64,000 nt of DNA from the NCBI GenBank assembly GCA_001788395.1, contig MGBT01000221.1, positions 16,896 through 80,895 on the forward strand, written 5' to 3'. The translations under genes and the position numbers were made by a program. The stretch's first letter is position 1. The number at the start of each line of letters is the position of its first letter. Below are positions 8,877 through 20,661 of this stretch, in pieces. Under the pieces are notes generated by a model, which searched no databases, was not told the origin of the DNA, and saw only the letters and a program-made list of their open reading frames with translations. The DNA comes from Candidatus Rokubacteria bacterium GWA2_70_23 (GTDB lineage: Bacteria; Methylomirabilota; Methylomirabilia; Rokubacteriales; CSP1-6).

Positions 8877-10886
8877 ATGATCTCGCGCCGGATGGACGGC
8901 CTGAGGATCCGGACGCTGATCGTCGCAGGCTGTCTCGGCCTGGCCTTCCTCGGGCTCTCCGGCCGGCTGGTCTACCTGCAGGTCGTCAAGCACGAGGAGT
9001 ACCTGCGCCTCGCCGAGAGCCAGCACGCCAAGGCGATCCCCCTCACGGCGAAGCGGGGCGCGATCATGGACCGGCACGGGCAGGTGCTCGCCGTCTCCTC
9101 GGCGGCCGAGACGCTCTTCGCCCTGCCCGGGCGCGTGGACGACGCCGAGCGGCTCGCGCGCCGGCTCGCGCCGATCCTCGACGAGCCCGTGGGCGAGATC
9201 GCCAGGCGGCTCCAGTCCTCGAAGCGGTTCGTCTACGTCAAGCGCCGGCTGCCGCCCGCCGTGGCGCAGGCGGTGCGGGACTTGCGCGAGCCGGCGCTGG
9301 GCTTCGTCGACGAGAGCCTCCGGCTCTATCCCAACCGGGAGCTGGCCGCCCACGTGGTCGGCTTCGAGGGGGCCGAGGGGAAGGGGCTCGGAGGCATCGA
9401 GCAGGCCTGGGAGGCCCAGCTGGCCGGACAGGAGGGTCGGGCGCTCGTCGAGCGCGATGCGCTGGGGCGCGAGGTGTCCGGAGCCCCCCGGATCCTCAAG
9501 CCCGCCCGCCCCGGACAGGGCGTTGTCCTCACCATCGATGCGACGCTCCAGTACGTCGCCGAGAAGGAAGTGGATGCCGCCTGGCGCCGGACCCGCTCCA
9601 AGGCGGCCATGGCCATCGCCATGGATCCGCGGACGGGGGAGGTCCTCGCCGTGGCCATCCGGCCCACTTTCAACCCCAACACCTTTTCCTCGGCCACGGA
9701 CGAGGAGCGACGGAACCGCGCGGTCACCGATCCCTTCGAGCCGGGCTCCACGTTCAAGGTGATCCTGGCCGCCGCCGCCCTCGAGGAGGGCGTGGTCCGG
9801 CCCACCGACCGCGTCTACGGCGAGCAGGGTGCCATCAAGGTGGCCAGCGCCACGATCCACGACTGGAAGAAGTACGGCTGGCTCACCTTCGCGGAGGTGC
9901 TGCAGCACTCCTCCAACGTGGGCGCCATCAAGGTCGGACTCCAGCTCGGCAAGGAGCGCTACTACAAGTACATCACCGGCTTCGGGTTCGGCACGCCGAC
10001 GGGGGTCGGGCTGCCGGGGGAGAGCCGGGGCCAGCTCCGCTCGACCCAGCGCTGGTCGGGGCTGTCGCTGGCCACCATGTCCATCGGCCAGGAGATCTCC
10101 GTGACGGCGCTGCAGATGGTCGCCTCCTTCGCGGCCGTGGCCAACAACGGCCGCCTCATGCAGCCGCAGCTCGTCCGGGCTGTCCTCGACGCGCAGGGGC
10201 GGGAGATCCAGGGATTCGAGCCCCGCGTGGTCCGCCAGGTCATCACCCCGGATACCGCGCGCGTGCTGACCGGGATCATGACCCTGGTGGTCAGCGACGG
10301 GACGGGACGCAACGCGGCCATCGCGGGCTTCGACGTGGCCGGCAAGACGGGGACCGCGCAGAAGCTCGATCCCGCCACCCGGCGCTACTCGCGTACGCCC
10401 GGCGTCCTGTCCTTCGTGGGATTCGTCCCGGCCGATGACCCGAGGCTCGCCATCCTCGTGATGCTCGACGAGCCCAAGAACGAGAAATGGGGGAGCGAGG
10501 CCGCCGCACCCATCTTCGCCGCCATCGGGCGGGAGGCGCTCCGACATCTCCAGGTGTCGCCGCGCGACTCGGCTCCGGTCCAGATCGTGCGCGGCGAGGG
10601 CGGGGCCACAGCCGAGCCGACGGTCGCATCTTTCGGCGCCGCCGGCTCACTCCGCGCCCTCGTGCGGCCCGCCGCCTTCACGCCGGTCGCCGAGGGCGCC
10701 CGCCTCATGCCGGCTCTCGTGGGGCTCTCCCTGCGTCACGCCATGGAGGCGCTGGCCCCCCTGGGCGTGCCCGTCGAGATCACGGGCGGTGGCGTCGTGG
10801 TGGCTCAGTCCCCGCCGCCGGGGGCCGCGCTCCCGGACGGCATGCCCTCCCGCCTGACCCTGGCCTCTCCGGCAGCGAGGCGATGA
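8877..10886 (+). CDS. ftsI: Peptidoglycan D,D-transpeptidase FtsI (PBP3-type) with C-terminal PASTA domain
   Basis: 669 aa; PBP dimerisation and transpeptidase regions (SxxK context, KTGT); C-terminal ...PALVGLSLRHAMEALAPLGVPVEITGGGVVVAQSPPPGAALPDG... fits PASTA fold. Confidence 0.9.
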   Translation: MISRRMDGLRIRTLIVAGCLGLAFLGLSGRLVYLQVVKHEEYLRLAESQHAKAIPLTAKRGAIMDRHGQVLAVSSAAETLFALPGRVDDAERLARRLAPILDEPVGEIARRLQSSKRFVYVKRRLPPAVAQAVRDLREPALGFVDESLRLYPNRELAAHVVGFEGAEGKGLGGIEQAWEAQLAGQEGRALVERDALGREVSGAPRILKPARPGQGVVLTIDATLQYVAEKEVDAAWRRTRSKAAMAIAMDPRTGEVLAVAIRPTFNPNTFSSATDEERRNRAVTDPFEPGSTFKVILAAAALEEGVVRPTDRVYGEQGAIKVASATIHDWKKYGWLTFAEVLQHSSNVGAIKVGLQLGKERYYKYITGFGFGTPTGVGLPGESRGQLRSTQRWSGLSLATMSIGQEISVTALQMVASFAAVANNGRLMQPQLVRAVLDAQGREIQGFEPRVVRQVITPDTARVLTGIMTLVVSDGTGRNAAIAGFDVAGKTGTAQKLDPATRRYSRTPGVLSFVGFVPADDPRLAILVMLDEPKNEKWGSEAAAPIFAAIGREALRHLQVSPRDSAPVQIVRGEGGATAEPTVASFGAAGSLRALVRPAAFTPVAEGARLMPALVGLSLRHAMEALAPLGVPVEITGGGVVVAQSPPPGAALPDGMPSRLTLASPAARR

Positions 10887-12388
10887 GGCGCCCCCCCGTG
10901 CCCACCTCCACGCTTCTCGACGCCCTGCCGGTGAAGACGGTGCACGGGGCCCTGCCGCCGACCGTCACCGGCGTCACCTACGACTCCCGGAAGGTCGTCC
11001 CGGGCGACCTCTTCGTGGCCGTGCCCGGGCTCAAGCAGGACGGGCGTCGCTATGTTCATGATGCCGTGGGGCGCGGCGCCTCTGCCGTGGTGCTCGAGGG
11101 GCCCGACCCGCTGCCCGCCGCCCTCGCCGCGCAGATCGTGGTCCCCAGCGCCCGCGAGGCCCTGGCGCGGCTCGCGGACGCCTATTACGGCCATCCGTCG
11201 GTTGCCCTCACGCTCATCGGCATCACCGGCACCAACGGCAAGACGACGACCACCTTCTTGGTGGACGCGCTCCTCCGTGCCGCGGGGCACCGGACCGGGC
11301 TCATCGGCACCATCGAGTACCGGATCGGCGACGAGGCGATGGCGGCGGGGCAGACCACTCCCGAGGCCGTGGAGCTGCAGGCTCTCCTCGCCCGCATGCG
11401 GGACGAGGACGTGACGGGGGTGGCCATGGAAGTCTCCTCCCATGCGCTGGCGCTGGCGCGGGTCGACGGGACGGAGATCGACGTGGCGGTGTTCACCAAC
11501 CTGACCCAGGATCACCTGGACTTCCACGGCACGCTCACGGAGTACCGCCGCGCCAAGAGGCGGCTGTTCGAGCTCCTGGCCTCGGGCGCCAAGCCTCGCC
11601 GCTCGGCCGTGATCAATGCCGACGATCCGGCGGGCCCGTCCATGGTGGCGGGGCTCGATCTGCCGATCCTGACCTTCGGCATGGGCCCGACGGCGGTGAT
11701 CCGTCCGCGGCAGGCGACGTCCGGGGCGGAGGGGATCAGGATGGAGGTGGAGACGCCAGCCGGCCCCGTGACAATCGCCTCGCCGCTTTCCGGCGAGCAC
11801 AACGCGATGAACCTCCTGGGCGCCGTCGGCGTTGCTCTCGCCCTCGGCATCGCGCCGGAGCTGGCGGCGCGGGCGCTGTCGGGTGTGGCCACCGTGCCGG
11901 GGCGCTTCGAGCGGGTGGAGGCGGGGCAGTCCTTCCTGGTGGTCGTGGACTACGCCCATACCCCGGATGCGCTGGAGCGGGTCCTCACCACGGCCCGCAA
12001 GCTGTTGCCCGGCGGGGGGCGGCTGGGGGTGGTCTTCGGGTGCGGCGGCGACCGGGACCGCGGCAAGCGCCCCATCATGGGCGGCATCGCCGCGCGGCTC
12101 TGCGACGGCGTGTGGGTCACCTCGGATAACCCGCGGAGCGAGGCGCCGGAGGCCATCATCGCCGAGATCGTGACGGGCATCCCCGCCGCCGGCCCGGGCG
12201 CCGCGCGGCATGTTACGATTCCGGACAGGAAGGCCGCCATCCGCGATGCGCTCGGGTGGGCCCGGGCCGGCGACGGGGTCGTGATCGCCGGCAAGGGCCA
12301 CGAGACCTACCAGGTCGTTGGCTCCCAGGTGCTTCCCTTCGACGATCGGGCCGTGGCCCGGGCGATCCTCGCGGAGCGGACATCATAA
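10883..12388 (+). CDS. murE: UDP-MurNAc-L-Ala-D-Glu:meso-DAP ligase MurE
   Basis: ATG at 10883 overlaps ftsI stop (ATGA); GITGTNGKTTT P-loop; the track ORF 10487 is an upstream in-frame extension. Confidence 0.9.
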   Translation: MRRPPVPTSTLLDALPVKTVHGALPPTVTGVTYDSRKVVPGDLFVAVPGLKQDGRRYVHDAVGRGASAVVLEGPDPLPAALAAQIVVPSAREALARLADAYYGHPSVALTLIGITGTNGKTTTTFLVDALLRAAGHRTGLIGTIEYRIGDEAMAAGQTTPEAVELQALLARMRDEDVTGVAMEVSSHALALARVDGTEIDVAVFTNLTQDHLDFHGTLTEYRRAKRRLFELLASGAKPRRSAVINADDPAGPSMVAGLDLPILTFGMGPTAVIRPRQATSGAEGIRMEVETPAGPVTIASPLSGEHNAMNLLGAVGVALALGIAPELAARALSGVATVPGRFERVEAGQSFLVVVDYAHTPDALERVLTTARKLLPGGGRLGVVFGCGGDRDRGKRPIMGGIAARLCDGVWVTSDNPRSEAPEAIIAEIVTGIPAAGPGAARHVTIPDRKAAIRDALGWARAGDGVVIAGKGHETYQVVGSQVLPFDDRAVARAILAERTS

Positions 12389-12402
12389 GGACACGGGCGC
12401 GG

Positions 12403-13788
12403 ATGTTCACGATCGAAGACGTGGTGCGCGGGACCCAGGGGGCGCTCGTCGGCGGCGACCTCGGCGTCCACGCCTCCGGCGCGTCCATCGACAGCCGGAG
12501 CCTGCGCGTGGGCGAGGTGTTCTTCGCCATCCGCGGCTGGCAGCAGGACGGCCATGCATTCGTCCAGGACGCCGCCGCGCGGGGTGCCTCCTGCCTCGTG
12601 GTGCACTCGCTCCCCGATGACCTTCCCTCGAGCGTGCCCGTCGTCCTGGTGGACGACACGACGCGCGCGCTGGGACGGCTGGCGGCCTACCACCGGGCCC
12701 GCTTCACCATCCCCGTCGCCGCGGTGACCGGCTCCAACGGCAAGACGACGACGAAGGAGATGATGGCGGCGGTGCTGGAGACCCTCGGGCCCGTCCTCAA
12801 GCCCCAGTCGAGCTTCAACAACCAGTGGGGGCTGCCGCTGACCCTGCTCCAGCTCTCGCCCCAGCACCGAGCCGTGGCGCTGGAGCTGGGGTCCAATGGC
12901 CCGGGAGAGATCGCGGCCCTGGCCGGAATCAGCCGCCCCACGGTGGCCGCGGTGACCACGGTGTCGAGCGCCCACACGGAGTTCCTCGGCTCCCTCGACG
13001 GCGTGCAGGCCGAAAAGGGGGCGCTCGTCGCCGCCATCCCGCCCGAGGGCGCCGTCGTGCTCAACGCCGATGACCCGCGCGTGCTGGCCATGCGGGATGC
13101 GAGCCGGGCGCGGGTGCTCACCGTGAGCGCCGAGCGCGAGGCCGACGTCCGTGCGGTCGGGATCCCGGCCCAGACCGAGGAGGGCCTGGCGGTGACGCTG
13201 GAGATCCGCGGTGCCCGCCGGACGGCCCGGCTGGCCTTCGCGGGACGCCACAACGTGACGAATGCCCTGGTGGCCGCGGGCGTCGGGCTTGCGCTGGGGC
13301 TGCCGCTGGCCCAGATCGCGGGGGGGCTCGAGGCCGCGCGCCCGCCCAAAGGGCGCTGCGTCTGGCGGCGCGCCGGGGCGCTGCTCATCCTGGACGACAC
13401 CTACAACGCCAACCCCGCCTCGGTCAGCGCGGCGCTCTCCACGCTCGCCGCCGCGCGCGAGGCCGGGCGCCTCATCGTCGTGCTCGGCGACATGCTGGAG
13501 CTCGGCGAGATCGGCGAGGAGGTGCACCGCGAGGTCGGGCGCGCCGTGGCTGTCTCCGGCGCGGCCGAGTTCATCGGCGTGGGGCGCCTGGCACGCGTCG
13601 CGGTGGAGAGCGCGCGGGAGGCGGGGCTCGGCGAGTGCCATCACGTGGGCATGTTCGAGGACACCGTGGCACTCCTGCTCAAGCGGCTGGCGCCCGGGGA
13701 CGCGGTCCTCGTCAAGGGCTCCCGCGGCATGCGCATGGAGCGGGTGGTGGATGCCCTCCTGGCCCGGTTCGGAGGAGACGATGCCTGA
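12403..13788 (+). CDS. murF: UDP-MurNAc-tripeptide:D-Ala-D-Ala ligase MurF
   Basis: MFTIEDVV... start in frame of track ORF 12256; VTGSNGKTTTKEM P-loop. Confidence 0.85.
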   Translation: MFTIEDVVRGTQGALVGGDLGVHASGASIDSRSLRVGEVFFAIRGWQQDGHAFVQDAAARGASCLVVHSLPDDLPSSVPVVLVDDTTRALGRLAAYHRARFTIPVAAVTGSNGKTTTKEMMAAVLETLGPVLKPQSSFNNQWGLPLTLLQLSPQHRAVALELGSNGPGEIAALAGISRPTVAAVTTVSSAHTEFLGSLDGVQAEKGALVAAIPPEGAVVLNADDPRVLAMRDASRARVLTVSAEREADVRAVGIPAQTEEGLAVTLEIRGARRTARLAFAGRHNVTNALVAAGVGLALGLPLAQIAGGLEAARPPKGRCVWRRAGALLILDDTYNANPASVSAALSTLAAAREAGRLIVVLGDMLELGEIGEEVHREVGRAVAVSGAAEFIGVGRLARVAVESAREAGLGECHHVGMFEDTVALLLKRLAPGDAVLVKGSRGMRMERVVDALLARFGGDDA

Positions 13789-14867
13789 TGCTCTACCATC
13801 TCCTCGTGCCGCTGGCCCGGGACCACATCGTCTTCAACGTCTTCCGGTACATCACGTTCCGGGCGGCGATGGCGACGGTGACCGCGCTCATCATCTCGTT
13901 CGTGCTGGGGCCGTGGCTGATCCGGCGGCTCCGCCAGATGCAGCAGGGCGGCGAGACGATCCGCGAGGACACCCCGGAGCGGCACCGCGCGAAGGCGGGC
14001 ACGCCGACCATGGGCGGGCTCGTCATCCTGGCGGCCATCCTGGGGGCGACGCTCCTCTGGGCCAATCTCAGGAACCGCTACGTGTGGACGGTCATCCTCG
14101 CCACGGCGGGTCTGGGCGGCATCGGGTTCCTGGACGACTGGCGGAAGCTCCGCACGCGCAAGGGTGTCTCGGCGCGGCAGAAACTCGGTGCCCAGATCCT
14201 CCTCGTCGGGCTCATCCTGGCGTGGCTCTTCTTCTGGCCGGTGGACGGCTTCACGACGGGGCTCGCGATCCCCTTCTTCAAGGGGTGGCTCCTGACGCTC
14301 GGCTGGCTCTGGATCCCGTTCGCCCTCCTGGTGATCGTGGGGGCCTCCAACGCCGTGAACCTCACCGACGGGCTGGATGGGCTCGCCATCGGGCCCATCG
14401 TGATGGCCGGAGGCGCCTTCGCCATCATCGCGTACCTGACGGGCAACTTCCGCGCGGCGGAGTACCTGCGCATCCTGAACGTCAAGGGGACGGGAGAGCT
14501 GACGATCTTCTGTGGCGCGCTGGTGGGGGCGGCGCTGGGCTTCCTCTGGTTCAACACCTACCCGGCGCAGGTCTTCATGGGGGACGTGGGGTCGCTGGCG
14601 CTCGGCGGCGCCATCGGCACGCTGGCGGTGCTCACCAAGGCGGAGCTCCTGCTGCCCCTCATCGGGGGCATCTACGTGGTGGAGGCCGGCTCGGTGATCA
14701 TCCAGGTGGCCTCGTTCAAGCTCACCGGCCGGCGCGTGTTCCGCATGGCGCCCTTGCACCATCACTACGAGCTCTGCGGGTGGGCGGAGCCGAAGATCAT
14801 CGTCCGCTTCTGGATCGTGTCCTTCATGCTGGCGCTCCTGGCGCTCACGACGCTCAAGCTGCGCTGA
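13788..14867 (+). CDS. mraY: Phospho-MurNAc-pentapeptide translocase MraY
   Basis: ATG overlapping murF TGA; MLYHLLVPLA... polytopic membrane protein; the track ORF 13635 is an in-frame extension. Confidence 0.9.
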   Translation: MLYHLLVPLARDHIVFNVFRYITFRAAMATVTALIISFVLGPWLIRRLRQMQQGGETIREDTPERHRAKAGTPTMGGLVILAAILGATLLWANLRNRYVWTVILATAGLGGIGFLDDWRKLRTRKGVSARQKLGAQILLVGLILAWLFFWPVDGFTTGLAIPFFKGWLLTLGWLWIPFALLVIVGASNAVNLTDGLDGLAIGPIVMAGGAFAIIAYLTGNFRAAEYLRILNVKGTGELTIFCGALVGAALGFLWFNTYPAQVFMGDVGSLALGGAIGTLAVLTKAELLLPLIGGIYVVEAGSVIIQVASFKLTGRRVFRMAPLHHHYELCGWAEPKIIVRFWIVSFMLALLALTTLKLR

Positions 14868-14876
14868 GGGGATGAG

Positions 14877-16313
14877 GTGCTCACAACCGAGAGCCGGGAC
14901 CACCTCGCTGGTGGGGATCTGGTGATGCGCGGCGCCGCGTATCGCCAGTGGCTCGCGGGTCGGACCGTGGCCGTCGTCGGCCTGGCCCGGAGCGGGATCG
15001 CCGCCGCCCGGCTCGTGGCGCGTCTGGGCGGGCGGGTGCTCGCCTCCGACTCGGCGCCCCTCGAGGCGTGGTCCGCTGAGGCGCGTGCCCTGGCCCGCGA
15101 GGGGCATGCGATCTGGGCGGGCGGACATCCGGCAGCCGCCTTCAGCGGCGTGGACCTCGTCGTGGTGAGCCCGGGCGTGCCGTTCGACCTGGCCGCGCTG
15201 GCCCCGGTGCGCGCGCGGGGTGTGGAGGTCATCGGCGAGCTGGAGCTCGCGTGGCGGGTCATGGACTCGGACGTCATCGCGATCACGGGGACCAATGGCA
15301 AGACGACCACCACGGCGCTCACCGGCGAGATCCTGCGGGGCCAGATGCGGCCCGTGCTGGTGGGAGGCAATATCGGCAACCCGCTCTCGGCGCAGGCGCT
15401 TGACTGCCCGCCCGACGAGCTCGTGGTCGCCGAGGCGTCGAGCTTCCAGCTGGAGGCCACCGTGGACTTCCGGCCGCGGGTGGCCGCGGTGCTGAACCTC
15501 ACGCCGGATCACCTGGACCGTCACGGCACCTTCGAGCGATACGTCGACGCCAAGGCCCGGATCCTCGCCAACCAGACGACGGCCGACTGCGTGGTGCTCA
15601 ATGCGGACGACGCGCCCACGGCGGCGCTTGCCGGCCGGACCCGCGCGCGCGTGGTGTGGTTCAGCCGCCGCCGGGCGTTCGACCATGGCGTGTTCGTCCG
15701 GGATGGCTGGATCGTGGCGAAGCTCAACGGCCACACCGAGCCCCTCTGCCCCACGGCCGACATCCCGCTGCGCGGCCAGCACAACGTGGAGAACGTGCTG
15801 GCGGCGGCGGCCTGCGCCCTCTGGACGGGCATGGGGGCGGACGCGATCCGGAAGGGGATCGTGGCCTTCCGTGGCGTCCCGCACCGGATCGAGCGCGTCC
15901 TCGATGGCCGGGGGGTGACCTTCTACAACGACTCCAAGGGGACGAACGTCGCCTCCACGATCACGGCCCTCGAGAGCTTCAGCGAGCCCGTCGTCCTCAT
16001 CGCGGGGGGCAAGGCCAAGGGGCAGGACTTCGCGCCTCTCGCGGCGGCCGCCCGTGGGCGGGTCCGGCACGTGGTGCTCCTCGGGGAGGATCGCGACAAG
16101 GTCCGGGCCGCTCTCGCGGGGCTTGGCATCGGGATCGAGGAGGCCGCTTCCATGGAGGCCGCCGTCCGGGCCGCGGCCGCCGCCGCCCGGCCGGGGGACG
16201 TGGTGCTCCTGTCGCCGGGTTGCGCGTCCTTCGACATGTTCCAGAACTTCGAGCACCGCGGTGAGGTCTTCAAGGCGGCGGTGCGGGCCCTCCTGCAGGG
16301 CGGAACGCGCTGA
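14877..16313 (+). CDS. murD: UDP-MurNAc-L-Ala:D-Glu ligase MurD
   Basis: 478-aa ORF (true start may be the internal M at about 14925); ITGTNGKTTTT P-loop. Confidence 0.85.
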   Translation: MLTTESRDHLAGGDLVMRGAAYRQWLAGRTVAVVGLARSGIAAARLVARLGGRVLASDSAPLEAWSAEARALAREGHAIWAGGHPAAAFSGVDLVVVSPGVPFDLAALAPVRARGVEVIGELELAWRVMDSDVIAITGTNGKTTTTALTGEILRGQMRPVLVGGNIGNPLSAQALDCPPDELVVAEASSFQLEATVDFRPRVAAVLNLTPDHLDRHGTFERYVDAKARILANQTTADCVVLNADDAPTAALAGRTRARVVWFSRRRAFDHGVFVRDGWIVAKLNGHTEPLCPTADIPLRGQHNVENVLAAAACALWTGMGADAIRKGIVAFRGVPHRIERVLDGRGVTFYNDSKGTNVASTITALESFSEPVVLIAGGKAKGQDFAPLAAAARGRVRHVVLLGEDRDKVRAALAGLGIGIEEAASMEAAVRAAAAAARPGDVVLLSPGCASFDMFQNFEHRGEVFKAAVRALLQGGTR

Positions 16314-17413
16314 TGCCCCGCAAGCTCAGCCCCGACCTCTGGCTCTTCGGGGTGGTGGTGGTCCTGGTCTCCCTCGGTGTGGTGATGGTCTACTCGGCCA
16401 GCGCCATCATCGCCGCCGACCGCTTCGGCGATCCGCTCTTCTTCGTGAGGAAGCAGCTCGTCTGGGCGCTGGCGGGCGCCGGGTGCCTCTGGGCCGCCAT
16501 GCGCCTCGACTACCGGACCCTCGAGCGCCTGGTGATCCCGCTCCTGGCGCTGTCGTTCGTGCTCCTCGTGCTGGTGCTGCTGCCGCCCTTCGGCCAGGCG
16601 ATCAACGGCACGCGGCGCTGGTTCCGCATCGGCCCGCTGTCGTTCCAGCCGGTGGAGCTCGCCAAGTTCTCCCTCGTCCTCTACCTGGCGTCCTTCCTCG
16701 CGCGCCGCCCGGACACGCTGCGGACCTTCGGCCGGGGGCCGCTGCCGATCCTGCTGATGGCGGGGGCCATGGCCGGGCTCACGATCCTGCAGCCCGACCT
16801 CGGCAACAGCCTCACGCTCGTCGTCCTCACCATGGTGCTCGCGTATCTGGCCGGGGCCCGCTCCGGTCATCTGGCGGCGGTGGTCGCGGCGGCGCTGCCC
16901 GTCCTGGCGCTGCTCGTTGCCATGAAGCCGTACCGCTGGCGGCGCATGGTCGCCTTCGTGAACCCGTGGGACGATCCCCAGGGCAGCGGCTTCCAGATCA
17001 TCCAGTCGTTTCTCGCCTTGGGGTCGGGCGGCTGGCTCGGGCGCGGGCTCGGGGAGTCGAAGCAGAAGCTCTTTTACCTCCCGGAGCCCTATACCGACTT
17101 CATCTTCGCCATCCTCGGCGAGGAGCTCGGACTCCTGGGCGGGATGTTCGTGATCGCGCTCTTCGCCGTCGTGATCTGGCGTGGGCTCCGGGTGGGGCTC
17201 CGGGCGCCGGACGCCTTCGGCAGCTACCTGGCGCTGGGCCTCACCCTGATGCTCGCCACCCAGACGCTGGTGAACCTGGCAGTGGTGATGGGAGCGCTCC
17301 CCACCAAGGGGCTGCCGCTGCCCTTCATCTCCTTCGGAGGGTCGGCCTTGCTCATGACCATGTTCTCTGCCGGCGTGCTGCTGAACATCTCCCAGCACGC
17401 GAGCGCCGCCTGA
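16313..17413 (+). CDS. ftsW: Peptidoglycan glycosyltransferase FtsW (SEDS family)
   Basis: 366 aa, about 10 TM segments; SEDS motifs; position after murD. Confidence 0.9.
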   Translation: MPRKLSPDLWLFGVVVVLVSLGVVMVYSASAIIAADRFGDPLFFVRKQLVWALAGAGCLWAAMRLDYRTLERLVIPLLALSFVLLVLVLLPPFGQAINGTRRWFRIGPLSFQPVELAKFSLVLYLASFLARRPDTLRTFGRGPLPILLMAGAMAGLTILQPDLGNSLTLVVLTMVLAYLAGARSGHLAAVVAAALPVLALLVAMKPYRWRRMVAFVNPWDDPQGSGFQIIQSFLALGSGGWLGRGLGESKQKLFYLPEPYTDFIFAILGEELGLLGGMFVIALFAVVIWRGLRVGLRAPDAFGSYLALGLTLMLATQTLVNLAVVMGALPTKGLPLPFISFGGSALLMTMFSAGVLLNISQHASAA

Positions 17414-17461
17414 TGACACCACGACGGACGAGCGCCGCGAGCAGGCCGGCGGGGAGCGGAC

Positions 17462-18859
<1,398 letters not shown>

Positions 18860-18862
18860 CGA

Positions 18863-19744
18863 ATGCTTGGAGAGATCCGCGGCGAGGTGCGGTTCAAGGA
18901 GCCTCTCAGCTTCCACACGTCCTTGCGCATCGGAGGGCCCGCCGACTTCTTCATCGTCCCCCAGGACGTGGAGGACATCCGCCTGGCGCTGGCCTTCGCG
19001 GACAAGGAAGGGCTTCCCGTGGAGGTGATCGGCGGCGGGAACAACCTGCTGGTCCGTGACCGCGGGATCCGCGGCGTGGTCCTGCGGCTCGAAGGCTGCC
19101 TCGGACGCGCCGAGTTCAACGGCGAGGAAGCCGTGGCCGGCGCCGGCGTGAGCCTCTCCGCACTCATCCGCGAGGCGGCAGCGCTCAACCTGGGCGGCGT
19201 CGAGTGCCTCGTGGGCATCCCCGCCACCATCGGCGGCGCCGTCGCCATGAACGCGGGCACTCCGGATGGGTGGATCGGCGATTTCGTCTCCGCCGTGTAC
19301 TTCCTCCACCCGGACGGGACGCTCGGCGAGTTCAAGCCGGGCCCGGGGACCTTCGGCTACCGCCTGTTCGCCGCGCCGCCCGGCGCCGTCCTCATCGGCG
19401 CCCGCCTGAGGCTCCACCGGCGGCCGCAGGCGGAGATCCAGAAGGACATCAAGCAGCGGCTCAAGCAGAAGAAGGCCACGCAGCCGCTGGCGCTGGCCTC
19501 GGCCGGCTGCGTGTGGAAGAACCCGCCGGGCGATGCGGCCGGGCGCCTCGTGGAGAAGGTGGGGCTCAAGGGCAAGCGGCTCAACGGCGCCGAGATCTCG
19601 GCCAAGCACGCCAACTTCATCGTGAACCGGGGCGGCGCCATGGCCGCCGACATCCTGGCGCTGATGGACATGACGCGCGAGCGGGTGCAGCACCAGTTCG
19701 GCATCACGCTCGAGCCGGAGATCCGCATCGCGGGAGAGGGATGA
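18863..19744 (+). CDS. murB: UDP-N-acetylenolpyruvoylglucosamine reductase MurB
   Basis: 293 aa; FAD-binding PCMH-type N-terminus (RIGGPADFF). Confidence 0.9.
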   Translation: MLGEIRGEVRFKEPLSFHTSLRIGGPADFFIVPQDVEDIRLALAFADKEGLPVEVIGGGNNLLVRDRGIRGVVLRLEGCLGRAEFNGEEAVAGAGVSLSALIREAAALNLGGVECLVGIPATIGGAVAMNAGTPDGWIGDFVSAVYFLHPDGTLGEFKPGPGTFGYRLFAAPPGAVLIGARLRLHRRPQAEIQKDIKQRLKQKKATQPLALASAGCVWKNPPGDAAGRLVEKVGLKGKRLNGAEISAKHANFIVNRGGAMAADILALMDMTRERVQHQFGITLEPEIRIAGEG

Positions 19745-19786
19745 GGGGAGAGGGATGAGGGAGGCCAGACCGCAGGTGGGCGCCTG

Positions 19787-20653
19787 ATGTCGGGACGGCT
19801 GTCCATGCTGTCGCCGCGCGGGCTCGACCACGGGCTCGAGGACCTCGCCTCTCCGAGTCCCCTGATCACGCGGCAGCGCGTGGGCCGGCGGCAGCACCGT
19901 CTCCGGACGAACCGCCGCGCGCGCCGGATGGGCCGGCTCGCGGTGGTCCTGGCCGTGGGGACCGGACTCCTGGCTGCGGGCGCCCTCGGCGTGGGCTGGC
20001 TCCTCACCGCCCCCCGCTTCGCCGTCGCGCGCGTCGAGGTGCGGGGCCACGCCCGCCTCAGCCCGGATGAGATCGTCGCGGCCTCCGGGCTCGCGCCCGG
20101 TGTGAACCTGTTCCGGGTGGATCCACGGGTGGCCACCCTCGCGGTGGAGACGCTGCCACAGATCCGCCGCGCCGAGGTGATCCGGACCTTCCCGAACCGC
20201 CTCACGATCGTCGTCGAGGAGCGCCGGCCGTTCACGCTCGTGCACGCAGGACGGCTGCACTGGATCGACGAGCAGGGGATGCCCGTGGCGCAGGAGCCCC
20301 GCGCCGTGGCTGTCGGGCTGCCGGTGATCAGCGGGCTGTCTCCGGAGGAGCTGGCCGCGGCCCCCGGCGAGCCCTCCGAGCGGCTCACCGCCGGCGTGTC
20401 GCTGCTCCGCCTGCTGCTGCGCTCCGGGAGCCCGCTCACCAGCCAGATCTCCGAGATCGACGTCAGCCGCAAGGAGGGGCCGGTGCTCTACACCGTGGAC
20501 GGGATCGAGGTCCGGATCGGCACCGAGGAGTGGGAGGCGCGGCTCGGGCGGCTGCTGGGCGTGCTGGCGCAGGTGGCGTCGTCGGGTCAGGCGGTGAGCA
20601 GCATCGACCTGCGGTTCCGCGACCAGGTCGTTCTCCGGCCCGTGGTCCGGTGA
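19787..20653 (+). CDS. ftsQ: Cell division protein FtsQ (POTRA domain)
   Basis: 288 aa; single TM then POTRA-like region; position before ftsA. Confidence 0.75.
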   Translation: MSGRLSMLSPRGLDHGLEDLASPSPLITRQRVGRRQHRLRTNRRARRMGRLAVVLAVGTGLLAAGALGVGWLLTAPRFAVARVEVRGHARLSPDEIVAASGLAPGVNLFRVDPRVATLAVETLPQIRRAEVIRTFPNRLTIVVEERRPFTLVHAGRLHWIDEQGMPVAQEPRAVAVGLPVISGLSPEELAAAPGEPSERLTAGVSLLRLLLRSGSPLTSQISEIDVSRKEGPVLYTVDGIEVRIGTEEWEARLGRLLGVLAQVASSGQAVSSIDLRFRDQVVLRPVVR

Positions 20654-20661
20654 GGAGCGGC

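Noticed and set aside
7803-10547. 914-aa ORF on the minus strand
   Set aside because: Antisense to ftsL/ftsI. Low-complexity Arg/Gly/Pro-rich translation typical of GC-driven antisense ORFs. The same reasoning applies to other long minus-strand ORFs opposite clear genes: 1352..2716, 13641..16256, 15923..18553, 20587..23172, 30957..34580, 40879..42651, 48372..50252, 55105..57042, 59308..61728, 62780..63922.
10487-12388. 633-aa ORF apparently fusing the ftsI 3' region with murE
   Set aside because: Upstream in-frame extension with no stop. The conserved MurE N-terminus begins at ATG 10883, overlapping the ftsI stop. The same situation applies to 12256 (murF), 13635 (mraY), 20530 (ftsA), 26664 (mtnA), 29375 (hisZ-like), 31077 (purA), 44674 (DUF2064), 46490 (amidase) and 51478 (aroF copy 2).
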